Shown: positions 11,916 through 24,205 of the stretch, in pieces
How positions within the stretch are numbered: the first letter of the stretch is position 1
How the letters are laid out: every line of letters starts with the position of its first letter
Assembly (NCBI RefSeq): GCF_001447785.1
Contig: NW_015173682.1
Span: forward strand, 62,001-126,000
Reading direction: 5' to 3'
Source of the DNA: Gekko japonicus
Lineage: Eukaryota
DNA: 64,000 bases
Notes under the pieces: model-generated
Told to the model about the DNA's origin: nothing
The model's input: the letters and a program-made list of their open reading frames with translations, nothing else
Databases searched by the model: none
Position numbers and translations under genes: made by a program

Positions 11916-12841
11916 TCTGATGAGATTGGGTGACACTAAATGAAAACCTTAACAATAGTTTGTTAACTGAATCATCTCTAAGCCTATCAAGTGTTATGAT
12001 GATCTTCGGTTGGTTTAATTAAAACATTCTCTCATAGAGTTCTTTAAATGATCATTTTTCATTTAATGTTCTATGAAATAAATGTTTACAAATCAAATGA
12101 AGGGTATTTCAGGAAATGCTCTGAAGTTCAAAATCTTAAAATGCTGTATTGAATAATGTTATAATGACATGTAAGGTAGCAATAGCAAGTAATTTATTCA
12201 CAAGGTTTCATTGAAAGTAATCATTCTCATTGCTGTATCAAATTGGATTTCATATTATATTCCAGGCTTTTGAGTTATCATGGGCTATATGATGCATTTA
12301 TTAACAGGATTTTATCTATTTTATACTGGAAATAAGGTTTCACTCTGCTTAAAGTGCATATACAAAATGTAGTATTTGCAACCTCTCCATTTAAAATGGT
12401 TTTGCTCAAACTAGCATATTCATAATGAAACTCTAATGTAATCAAAACAAACGCTAACCTGCAATTTTTTGTGGAACAGTTCAGTATCTTAGTACATTTC
12501 CTGCTTTTGCGTTTTTCTGTTGGCCTAATTGCTACATTTATCTCACCAAACAAATTTTCTGTCTCACCTGGATGCCATGCAGTCTTTGACCAATATGTCT
12601 CTAGAAAAATCTGAGTCAAAATGTAGACATTTAATACTCTTAGTGACCTGCATAATGACTTGAATTTGCAACTAGAATGCCCTACAGGGCTGTAGTCTGT
12701 TTTCATTATTTTGACCTTGCCCAGTCTAAGTAAATTCGGATCTCTTCAGTTCACAGCTAACACTCGGGCAATTTCACTTCCAGGCAAAATAGCTGGATGC
12801 AGGTAATATCAGTGGAAATTTTTTTAGCACACAGTCAGATA

Positions 12842-15331
12842 CTGCAGTGTGTAGTGGCTCTTTCTGACAGCATTTGATTTGTCACTTTTAAAAAATGTCG
12901 CTGTACACTGACTTCTGTAGAGGAGTATGTTAGAGGTAGTCTATTCCTGCTTAGAATTCTGAAGCAACTGCTACCAAGCTAAAACATCCTGTGAGAATAG
13001 AGTGATCAAGCCAAAAACAGGTCTGTGTAGTTGACCTGAACAGCAGATATCTGCTCACAATTCCATTCTAGCTGTACTGTCTCATACTAGAACAGTGTGC
13101 TAGGCACTTAGCAGTGTGTCACAATGTAAATGTTACTATGAAGAGTAATTTTAATGGCAAGTGTAAGTGATGTTCCAGTCTACCATAATAAGCAGAAAGA
13201 GTAAATTTCTTTATTCCTTCAATAGCTGGCGTAAAGTCTAAGTAATGCTTTTCATTAGAAGCCAAACAAAACTATTACATCTCAAGATGGCACATAATCA
13301 AATGTTTTTAGGCTGCTAGGGTCTGTGTTTACCTTTAAGTAGGATCTCATAATTTTATCTTTACATTCATTAATTTTCAAAGAACCAGTCATTGCAACCA
13401 CTATAGTGCCATTACATACATGTGGCTGTGCCTATATTTAGAGCATGGTATGCAGTTCTTTTTGCCCCATTTTAAAGATTATTAGGCTGGTAAAGTTATA
13501 GTATGTTGCAGTGTTTTTCCTTACATGGAAAGACTAAAGAGGGAGGTTGAAAGTGTATCTGGTTACAAAAAAGAAAGCAGCTTTCACTATTGGAAAAATA
13601 ATTACAAAATACCCCCGGGAGGTCCTGGAGGTGAGTCTGTGACCATGCCGCCATCAACCAGAAGTCCATTTTCAAATTATTCTTAAACAGAGAAATTAAC
13701 CTACGACAACTTGGTTTTACCCACTGAAGCTGAATGTCAAGATGTTTTGTTGTATATGTAGATCTTCAGCACAAGTGTTAATGAAGCAGTTTTCATTTTT
13801 TGTTTAAAAATCTGAAGTGATAGCCTTGTCAGACTAGGTGCAGACATGACTGAGGTATGCTTCCTAGGCTGCTGCTTCTCCTCCTGACAAAGACCAGAGG
13901 CAGGAGAGGAGTAGGGTTGCAAACTCTGGGTTGGGAAAGTTCTAGAGATTTGGAGGTGGAACCTAGGGAGGGTGGGGTTTGTAGAAGGGAGGGATCTCAG
14001 TATAATGCCATAGAAGCCACCCTCCAAAGCAGCCATTTTCTCCAGGGGAACTCTGTAGTCTGGATGTCACTTCTAATTCCAGGAGATCTCCAGGCTCTAC
14101 CTGGAGCTGCAGTGTGTAGTGGCTCTTTCTGACAGCATTTGATTTGTCACTTTTAAAAAATGTCGCTGTACACTGACTTCTGTAGAGGAGTATGTTAGAG
14201 GTAGTCTATTCCTGCTTAGAATTCTGAAGCAACTGCTACCAAGCTAAAACATCCTGTGAGAATAGAGTGATCAAGCCAAAAACAGGTCTGTGTAGTTGAC
14301 CTGAACAGCAGATATCTGCTCACAATTCCATTCTAGCTGTACTGTCTCATACTAGAACAGTGTGCTAGGCACTTATCAGTGTGTCACAATGTAAATGTTA
14401 CTATGAAGAGTAATTTTAATGGCAAGTGTAAGTGATGTTCCAGTCTACCATAATAAGCAGAAAGAGTAAATTTCTTTATTCCTTCAATAGCTGGCGTAAA
14501 GTCTAAGTAATGCTTTTCATTAGAAGCCAAACAAAACTATTACATCTCAAGATGGCACATAATCAAATGTTTTTAGGCTGCTAGGGTCTGTGTTTACCTT
14601 TAAGTAGGATCTCATAATTTTATCTTTACATTCATTAATTTTCAAAGAACCAGTTATTGCAACCACTATAGTGCCATTACATACATGTGGCTGTGCCTAT
14701 ATTTAGAGCATGGTATGCAGTTCTTTTTGCCCCATTTTAAAGATTATTAGGCTGGTAAAGTTATAGTATGTTGCAGTGTTTTTCCTTACATGGAAAGACT
14801 AAAGAGGGAGGTTGAAAGTGTATCTGGTTACAAAAAAGAAAGCAGCTTTCACTATTGGAAAAATAATTACAAAATATTACAGAATACACTTCATTTTCAA
14901 ATTATTCTTAAACAGAGAAATTAACCTACGACAACTTGGTTTTACCCACTGAAGCTGAATGTCAAGATGTTTTGTTGTATATGTAAATCTTCAGCACAAG
15001 TGTTAATGAAGCAGTTTTCATTTTTTGTTTAAAAATCTGAAGTGATAGCCTTGTCAGACTAGGTGCAGACATGACTGAGGTATGCTTCCTAGGATGCTGC
15101 TTTTCCTCCTGACAAAGACCAGAGGCAGGAGAGGAGTAGGGTTGCAAACTCTGGGTTGGGAAAGTTCTAGAGATTTGGAGGTGGAACCTAGGGAGGGTGG
15201 GGTTTGTAGAAGGGAGGGATCTCAGTATAATGCCATAGAAGCCACCCTCCAAAGCAGCCATTTTCTCCAGGGGAACTCTGTAGTCTGGATGTCACTTCTA
15301 ATTCCAGGAGATCTCCAGGCTCTACCTGGAG
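12842..15331. repeat. Tandem duplication: 12842-14106 and 14107-15331
   Basis: Near-identical copies; duplicated ORFs in the track (13737 and 14962); the junction lies inside a MITE. Confidence 0.97.
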
Positions 15332-15342
15332 GTTGGCAACTA
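15137..15342. mobile_element. hAT-like MITE (AGGGTTGCCAAC family); truncated duplicate at 13912-14106
   Basis: tagggttgcaaac ... gttggcaacta; related copies near 19920-20145, 23577-23792, 24304-24490, 43960-44340, 47570-47740 and 57030-57195. Confidence 0.75.
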
Positions 15343-15519
15343 TAGAGGAGAGTGTGGTGGGGGGAAAGACTACAGGAGGGAATGGAACAGGAATGGAGAG
15401 GTGGATAGTTGGGAACCAGAGGATGATTTGACAATAGATGATGGATGAGAATAAACTCAAAGTGAGCGTCAGGCTTGAGCTCATGATCTCCTCCTCCTCT
15501 ACATGTATTTTCAGCTATA

Positions 15520-15792
15520 CATGTTATAGTAGTTAGTGTATTGAACTAAGATATGGGAGGCCCAGGTTTGAATCCTCATTTTGCCATGGAAGCTTGCTGG
15601 GTGAACTAAGATATGGGAGGCCCAGGTTTGAATCCTCATTTTGCCATGGAAGCTTGCTGGGTGACATTCACAGACTTACCTACCTCACAGAGTTGTTGTG
15701 AGGATAAAGTGGAGGAGAGAAAAATAATATAAGTCACTTTGAGTTCCCACTGGGGGGGGGGACAGTGGTATAAATGAAGTAAATAAATAAAC
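15520..15792 (+). mobile_element. tRNA-derived SINE with internal 60-bp tandem duplication
   Basis: B-box-containing 60-mer repeated at 15542-15601 and 15602-15661; (taaa)n tail. Confidence 0.75.
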
Positions 15793-16479
15793 AGGTAACC
15801 TTCTTTTGTGACAAAGCTTTTCATTTAACCTGGAAAACCACAGTCCTGCAAAGCAGAGTTGCAAAAGTGGTTTGTTTCCAGTTTAGTGTGGGAGAATCAT
15901 AATCAACAGTGTTAGTTTAGGTGTAATGGAAATGGTGGTTGACTGTTAACCAGGTCCTAAATTAGCTTTTGGCCCACCAGGGAGAAGGAATTGCATTCTG
16001 TGACAATTGTGTGAGGTCAGCCATATACTTTAAATACAGGTAAGCAAGCCCCCTTGAGTTTGCTTTGGAAGTGGAGGAGGAAAAAAGTGGGGTATTGCCA
16101 AATGTTGGTATAATAGTTGAAAACAGCTCATTTTCCTTGTGAATTCTGAACTTGGACCCTCCCCCCCAGCATAATGTAAATACTGTGGTTGCTGAGCCAG
16201 GCTGATTGCAGCTGGCTCTCCAGCCAGCCAGCCAGCTACTTAATTCATACATAGGCAGGCAGGTAGGATCTTTTTTCTTCACTTTCCTTTCCTCTGCCTT
16301 TTCAAGCAACTTGGATGCTGTTAAAACTGTGTTGCTGGTACTCAGGGAAATTGTCTTTGTCTGCCTAAACACTGGCTGATCCACCAGTTGCCTCTGCAAT
16401 AATTCAGTCCTAGGAGCTAGCATAGAAGTAGGCTTGGTTTGCTTCCTGGATTAGGAGCTGTGGATAGACTTTAGATGAG

Positions 16480-18631
16480 TCTACTCTTGTTACCTTTACT
16501 CTGGAAATGACAAACACAGAAGAAAGTGAGTTGTTCTGTTAGGCGAGATGTAGCACAAGCAGTCAGGGGCTATAATGTAAAGTCTGACCAAATAATATAA
16601 ATTAGACTTCATGGGAAGCCTGTCAACATAACCATCACTCACATTTATGCCCCAGCTACAGATGCTGAAGAGGAAGAAACTGAAAGCCTTTATGCAAGTG
16701 AGCAGGAAGAAATTGACCACAAACCTAAACTGGAGGTGCTGATAATCATAGGTAATTGGAATGCAAAAGTGGGAAACAAATCAAATATTGTTGGAAGATT
16801 TGGCCTAGGAGCATGAAATGAATCAGGAGAATGACTCAGAATTCTGTGGATACAGCAATTTGTTCATTGCAAACACATTTCAACCAACCAGATGATTGTA
16901 TATGTGGATGTCACTGGATGGCCAATACAGAATTTAAATAGATTACATACCTGGAAGCAGAAGATGGAGAAGCTCTGTTTTCTCTGCTAAACCTAAACCA
17001 GGAGCTGATTGTGGTACAGACCATGAATTGTTAATATAGAAAATTAGCATGAAACTGAAGAAAAGCACCAAAACATTTATCATACTAAAATACAATCTAA
17101 GCAACATTCCTGAAGAGTTTATAGACGATGTAAAGAACATATTTGCATTCCAAAGTTCAAGTGAATGGAAATTGGAAGAACTATGGGTTGAAACCAGATA
17201 TATCATCAAGGGAGAATGCTCAAAGAATGCTTCTGTAGCCAAAAGGAATGAAATGAAAAGCCTTGATGGATGACTGATGAAACTCTTAAAATTGCTAAAG
17301 ATAGACGAAAGAAAAATTAAAAGGTGACAGAAATAGAATCAGAAGTCTAAGTGCAGTGTTCCAGCAACTTTCATGTAGAGACAAAGAGTACTGTTACGAT
17401 AACCAGGGTAAAGAAATAGGAGAACAAAAAAGGAAGAACAAGAGATCTGTTCCACAAGTTCCAAGAATTCAAAGGGAAATTTAACGTATGGTTAAGCATG
17501 CTGAAAGATCAACATGGAAATACATTAACTGAACAGGACAAAATAAAGAAAAGATAGGAACAATTCACTGAAGAGTTATACAGAAGATATGAAAGGACAA
17601 CATATTCACTCAAAGCAACTGGGAGAAACAAACCACCAGGAGTAGATGGGATATCAATAGAGCTATTTTACGTGCCTTCCCGCAAAAATTAAAATCTTAA
17701 CAAGAATATGCCAAGAAATGCTCAATTTCATTCCATTTCCAAAAAAGAGATGTCAAAGACTGCAGTAAATTGATGCCCAAAATCTTACAACAAAGACTGA
17801 TACCATATATGGAATGAGAAATCTCAGATGTTCAAGCTGGATGCAGAAAAGTAAGAGGCACTAGAAATCATATTGCAAATATGTTACTAGAGCATAAAAG
17901 ACAATTCAGAAGATAATCAGCATCTATTTCAGAGATTACCGCAGAGCTTTAGACTGTATGGATCATGAAAAGGTACGGTTGGTTTAAAAAGAAATGGATG
18001 TGCCACATCTGATTGTTTTGATGTGCAACCTATGTAAGAACAGAATATGGAGAAACAGAATGGTTTCCAGTTGGCAAAGGTGTCAGGCAAGGACCCTGTC
18101 TGTTCAATCTGTATGCAGAACATATCATGAGGAAATCTGAATTAGATGAAGGTGGAGTGAAAATTGCTGGCAGGAACATTAGCGATTTGAGATATGCAGA
18201 TAACACCACATTATAGGCAGAAAATGGTGAAGACTTGAAATAACTACTGGTGAAGATTAAAGTAGAAAGTGCTAAAGCAGGATTACAGCTGAACATCAAA
18301 GAAATCAGAAGAAGATTGAAACCGGGAAGGGCAGCGATGAAGGAGCTAGAGAATATTCTTAAATGTAAGGATGTATCGTTGGCAACCAAGATCAAGATTA
18401 TTCATACTATGGTGTTCCCCGTTACTGTGTATGGGTGTGGGTGTGAAAGTTGAACAATGAAGAAAGCTGACAGGAAGGAAGTTGATTCATTTGAAATCTG
18501 GTGTTGGAGTAGTACAGATACCATGGACTGAAAAAAAAGACAAATAAGTGGATTTTAGAGCAATTCGAGCCTGAACTCTCCCTAGAATCTGAAATTACTA
18601 AACTGAAGCTATCGTACTTTGGTCACATTAC
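16480..18631 (+). mobile_element. Old RTE/BovB-related LINE, degraded (endonuclease and RT)
   Basis: GADCGTDHELL-like, DVQAG, GKGVRQG, YADNTT and LSYFGHI motifs with stops and frameshifts. Confidence 0.88.
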
Positions 18632-20349
18632 CAGTGTTCCCTCTAAGTCGTGTTGTCTTGTGAGCAGAATTTTACCTTGTGAGCAGAAAGATCTACTGAC
18701 CTTAAAGCTGTGAGTGGGCCTACATTTTTAATATATATATATTTAATTTCAGTTCGCAAACATACAAAACAATCAGACATGAAATATAAACTACTATTTC
18801 TATTGCAAATCATATACGGAACTTATCACTGATGTCTTTAGCTGCCACCACCCTGTTAAAACATGCATGTTCTTTCCATTATTTCATTTAGTAAGTCATC
18901 ATTCTATTATCCAAATTGTTCTGAGTCTCCAGAATGGGAACACTACCCCTCTAAGTATGCTGATAATATGTATTTAACTTGCATTAAACACTGAAGAAAA
19001 TTTTAACCAGGCTTTGCCCAATTTAATTACAAGCTGAACATTACAAAAGACCATTAAAAATTGATGACATAACAATTCTGAGTACATACTGTACCTAAGA
19101 AAAAAGCAAACATGTTTTGAAGAAACATATTTGCTATGATCCTTGCACGGGGGCCATGTTAAATATCAAGCCCTCTGTCAATTATCTGATTCAACATTGC
19201 CCTCTTTTTGTATTTTGTGTTTCCTTTTTTGTAATCTCATTCCTATGTTTTGTAATGTTTTTTTCTTTTTTGTAATTTTTGGGGTTTTTTAAAGAAAAAA
19301 TTAATAGAATTATTTTCAAAATATTAAAAATTAATAGAATTATTTTAAAAATATTTGCTGTGATCATACTGTTATCTCTTCATCCTCCTACAAATTGACT
19401 TTTCTGTGCTAATTTTACCCTGTAAATGTGGGTTTTGCACTCTCAAACTCTTATTTAGTAATTTTAATCTTCTACCACCACCACCCCTTTCTGTTTTGTT
19501 CTGACAGAAGGAAAGGGAAGGAAGGACATTCAGATTGCTTCCTGACAGCTTCAGGACAGCCATTCAAAGCTGACTAATGCACTGAATCTCCTGATATGGC
19601 TGTTCAAAATAGAGAGATTCTTGAGCAACTAGGAGATAGCACTGTTTTACTTTCAGTTCTCTGCCCATTCTAACAACACACTTATTCCTTCTCCGAGGGT
19701 TTTCAGAAAGCCACACATTCATTTCCAATCTCACTTCAGTGCGAGTTCCTGTCCTCAAACTTGCAGAGAAACCCAAACACTTTCATTTTTGGTAGAATGA
19801 CACCCCTCTCCTCCTCCACCTGGCTGTTGTACATCCTACATGAAGCAGGGTGATTTAGCAAATGCAAGCCAATGCCAGTGGTTTGCATGCACCAACTCAC
19901 ACAGCAGAATCAGAGCTTCCAGTTTCAGCACAGGCGAATTACAGCTCATTTCCAGACTACAGAGATCAGTGTTCCTGGAAAAAAATGGATGTTCTGCAGG
20001 GTGGCCTCTATGGCATTGTACCCCACTGAGGTCCCTGTCCTCCCCAGGTTCCACCCACCCACAAATCTCCAGGAATTTCCTAACCTGGATTGGGCCACCC
20101 CTCCCCCCATCCCCCGGTGGTAGCCAGGGGGAACCTGGCAACCCTAACTAGGGCTATTTTAGCAAGGAAGGAAGGGTGGGAGGGGAGAGGTGGAAAAAAA
20201 GCAAATAGATGGGGAGAGATGAAAGAAAGAAGGAAGGAGGGAGGAAGGGGGACAGGTAGAAAGAAAACAAATAGGTGGGGAGAGAGAAGTGAAAGACAGA
20301 AGGAAGGGAGGGAAGGAAGGAAGGAAGGAAGGAAGGAAAGAAAGAAGGA

Positions 20350-20389
<40 letters not shown>

Positions 20390-21047
20390 AAAGTCAGGCT
20401 GCAGGGGAAGCAGCCTGGAGTGGGGAGGAAAGTAGCTCCCCAGCCTCTCCTTGTTTCCAGCTCTCACACACCTCAATAGAAAGGGAGAGGGAGAGAAAGA
20501 GAGAGAGAGAGAAAGCCCCCCACTCTGACTACAGGGGAAAGTGAGCCCAAGATCTTCTGTATCGCTGGAACAACATGCTCCATGCAGCCACAGGAGTTCC
20601 TGGGGCTAGCTTTCTCCTGCAGCCCTGTTTACAGGAGAAAACAGGAGAAAGCGAGCCACTCACTGATGGCGCTGGCAACGGGAGGCCACAGAAGGGCACC
20701 AGCCATGTTGCAGGCCTAAGGCTCACCCTGACCTCCCCCGACCTCCATTCTTGCTCAGCTCCCCTCCCCAACTTCCATCCTCCCCACCAGCTGGTGGCCA
20801 GGTGCACTCTGATCCCAGCTGTCCTACCCACCCGCCTGGACCTGCAGAATGGCTGGGTGCAGCAGCGGGCAAGCGGCTTGGGTTTTGGCAGTGACAGCAG
20901 CTCCCAGGTCTCTCCATTGTGCTGGAAGTGCTCCCAGCTGCAGGGAAGGGGCCCATGCACTACCTCTGTGCTGAGAAGGAAATTGGTGTGCTGGGTGTTG
21001 GAAATCAGTGTGCCCAGCGCGCATAACTCAGCTTACTGGGAACACTG
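18632..21047. mobile_element. 2.4-kb TIR element (hAT-like ends) inserted in the RTE LINE
   Basis: cagtgttccctctaag ... cttactgggaacactg (14/16 inverted match); RTE sequence resumes directly after it. Confidence 0.8.
20300..20392. repeat. (GGAA)n/(GAAA)n microsatellite
   Basis: Direct reading. Confidence 0.95.
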
Positions 21048-21245
21048 GAGAAGATGAGAATCACTGGAAAAGTTGAAGGCAGGAGGAAAAGAGGAAGACA
21101 TGAGATACATTGAGTCAGTCAAGGAAGCCACAGCCCTCAGTTCGCAAGACCTGAGCAAGGCTGTTAGCAGTACGACATTTTGGAGGCCATTAATGCATAT
21201 GGCTGCCATAAGTTGAAAACGACTTAATGGCACATAACACACACA
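21048..21245 (+). mobile_element. 3' end of the RTE LINE
   Basis: ggaaaagttgaaggcaggagg...cgacttaatggcacataacacacaca tail. Confidence 0.85.
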
Positions 21246-21779
21246 TGCTCTTGTATATCTAAATTTTACCCTTTAGTTTTGGTTTGAGAGTAAAGGTGCT
21301 GAATTTCAAAAAATGATAGTAGTACTTTTAAAAACAAATAAAAAATTATGAAAAATACTCTCATTACAGTCCTGGGAGTTGTAATACGCAAAACAGGATT
21401 ATTCAGTATATCTAGTAAACAGGCTTTGCAGTTTAATTACATATATGAATTTGAACATTCAGTTTCGCAGGATATATTTTTCCAACAGCTTAAAATGTAA
21501 AGGAGCTTAAAAGCCCATATTCCTGTGGACTTTCTAAGAACATACTAGAATTTTTGATTACATACAAATCCAGTATTTTATGCAGTTACAGAGTAATCCT
21601 TTAGTTCCCTTTTACTGGAGGCAGGTATGCCAGGGTACACAGTGGCACAGCATGTTTGTAATGCTATGCAACACTGGGAGAGACTTTCCCCTTACTGCCC
21701 CTCCCGTCACAATGTCACATACTGACAGTGCCTCCACATAAACTGTGGAAGGAAGCTACTGTTATACATACCCCTACTC

Positions 21780-23280
21780 AATATATAGCTTTATTCTTGC
21801 ATCCCCTTCAAACATTTTCCCAGGAACTGAAAGCACACTTGCCCCCTCAGGGACCTGGGCACAGAACTTAGTTTGAGAGTTTTTTGGTTGGGGCCTGATG
21901 ATGTCATAGGTGAGGGAATATGGGGACCCATGGTAGACATTATCAATCTGTCCCTGGATTTGGGGGTCTCCCTGGAGGGATTGAAGGAGGCTGTGGTTGT
22001 ACCGCTCTTTAAAAAGCCAACCTTGGATCCTTCTAATTGCCACCCAGTCTTCAATCTTTCATTTCTGGATAAGGTAATTGAGAGAGTGGCTGCAGTCTGG
22101 CTTCTGCCCCAGACACGGGATGGAGACAATTTTGGTCGTCCTCACAGACAAGCTCTGCAGACAGCTGGATTGAGGTGGGTTGGTGTCATCTAGGTACCAC
22201 TTAGTATGTGGCGTTCCTCAGGGGGCATTCCTCTCCTCAGTGTTGTTGAACACCTACATACGCCCCTCGCCCAACTGGTGTGAAGTTTCAGGCTTGGATG
22301 TCACCAGTACACTGATGACACCCAGCTTTACCTGTTGATGGGTGGTTGGCTGGATACCACCCCAGCAAATTCGGCTGAGGGGTTGGAGGCTGTGGTGGGA
22401 TGGTTGAAACAGAGCCGGATGAGACTGTATCCTTCTAAGACGGAGGTTCTGTGGCTGGGGCGTGGAGACTCAGGTTTAAGGTGCCATCTTCCAACTCTCG
22501 ATGGTGTGCCTTTAAGATCTGCACCAACTGTTAGGAGCTTGGGAGTGATCCTGGATGCCTCCCTAACAATGGAGGCCCAGGTCACAAATGTTGCCAAACT
22601 GGCATTTTTCCAGCCGTGCCTGGTCAGGCAACTGGCCCCCTACCTGTCTTGTCTTGACCTTACCACAGTAATCCATGCAACAGTCACCTCCAGATTAGAC
22701 TAATATAACTCACTGTACTTGAGCCTATGCTTGAGGCTGACCCAGACACTCTTGACTAATACAGAAAGCAGCTGTGTGGGTCCTTATGGGGACCCCACGT
22801 ATAGCACACATCTATTCCATGCTACATAACGTGCCTTGACTTCTGGTTGTGTACTGGATCAGGTTCAAAGTTTTGGTGCTAACCTTCAAGGCCCTTAATG
22901 GTCCGGGACCCACATATCTTCTGGACCGCCTCTCCAAGTACACCTGCAGAAGAACGTATTGTTCTGTAGATCAGAATCCATTTGCGGTCCTAGGCCTGAG
23001 GGATGTCTGACTGTCCTTGACCAGATCCAAGGCGTTCTCCACCCTGGCTCCAACCTGGTGGAACTCTTTGCCAAATAACATCTGTGCCCTGCAGGACTTG
23101 ATGCAGTTCTGCAGGGCCTGTAAGATGGAGATGTTCCACCAGGCATTTGGTTGAGAACAGTGGTGGTTAAATCCTTCTGGCACTCCCTGCCTCCCTTTCA
23201 GTAGAGTTACTGAAAGGTTTAGTGTCATCTTTTATGTTAATTACTGTGCCTTTTATTGTTTTTAAATCATTTTAATTATG
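21780..23280 (+). mobile_element. L2-type LINE RT and 3' region, degraded
   Basis: AVVVPLFKKPTLDP, GVPQG, YTDDTQLY, KTEVLW and VTSRLD motifs. Confidence 0.85.
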
Positions 23281-24029
23281 GACTATATGTGGCAACCCGC
23301 AAGAAACTTGTGGGAGCATGTATCCCATTTCCCCCACCTCTGCTTCTTCCCTTCTCCCCCTACTTCTCTCACATACTTTCTCCTTCCTGCCGCCCCTTTT
23401 CTCTCTTTCTCTCCCCTTCATGCCTGTCACTTGCTTTCTGCCCCCACCCCATCACTCTTTCTGCCCCTGTCACTCTCCCAGCCTTCCACCTACTTCCTCA
23501 CAGCCATAGCAGCAGTGGCAGCAGTCTCTCTCTAGAAATCACAATGGATTGCCCAAATACTGAGATCAGTTCCTCTTAGGGTTGCCAGATCCATGTTGGG
23601 AGATTCCTGGAGATTTGGGGGTACAGCCTTGGGAGGAGAAGGTTTGAGCTTGGAAATGACCTCAGTAGAGTATAATACCATAAACTCCACCCTTCAAAGC
23701 AGTCATTTTCTCTGGGGGAACTGATCTCTGTCATCTGGAGATCAGTTGTAATTCCAGGAGATCTCCAGGCCTCACTTTAGAGGTTGGCAACATTAGTTCC
23801 CCTGGAAGAAATGACTGCTTTGGAGGGTGGAGTCTATGACATTATATCTGTCTGAAGTCCCTCCCTGCCTCAATCCCCACTACCCCAGACTCCACCCCTC
23901 AAATATGCAGGAATTTCCCAACCTGGAGCTGGAATCCCTGTTTCCCACCCAACAGCCTACTTTTATCTGCTCCCCTCTGTCTTCAGCTTTCTGTCTCTTC
24001 CCCCCCGCCCGCAGCTTCCACAATGGGGA

Positions 24030-24205
24030 CTTCAGCAGTTTACATTATTATCTCCTTTTTATCCACACAACAACCCTATGAGGTAGGTTAGGCTGAAAAT
24101 ATGTGACTGGTCCAAAGTCAGTGAGCTTCCACAGCAAGATGCGTATCTAAACCTGGGTCTTGCAAACCTTACTCCAGAGCTCTGGCCATTATACTACACT
24201 GACTT
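24030..24205 (-). mobile_element. tRNA-SINE fragment (Squam3-like)
   Basis: acaacaaccctatgaggtaggttaggctga is the reverse of the SINE body. Confidence 0.6.

Noticed and set aside
20090-20479. Lys/Glu/Arg-rich ORF
   Set aside because: Translation of the GGAA/GAAA microsatellite
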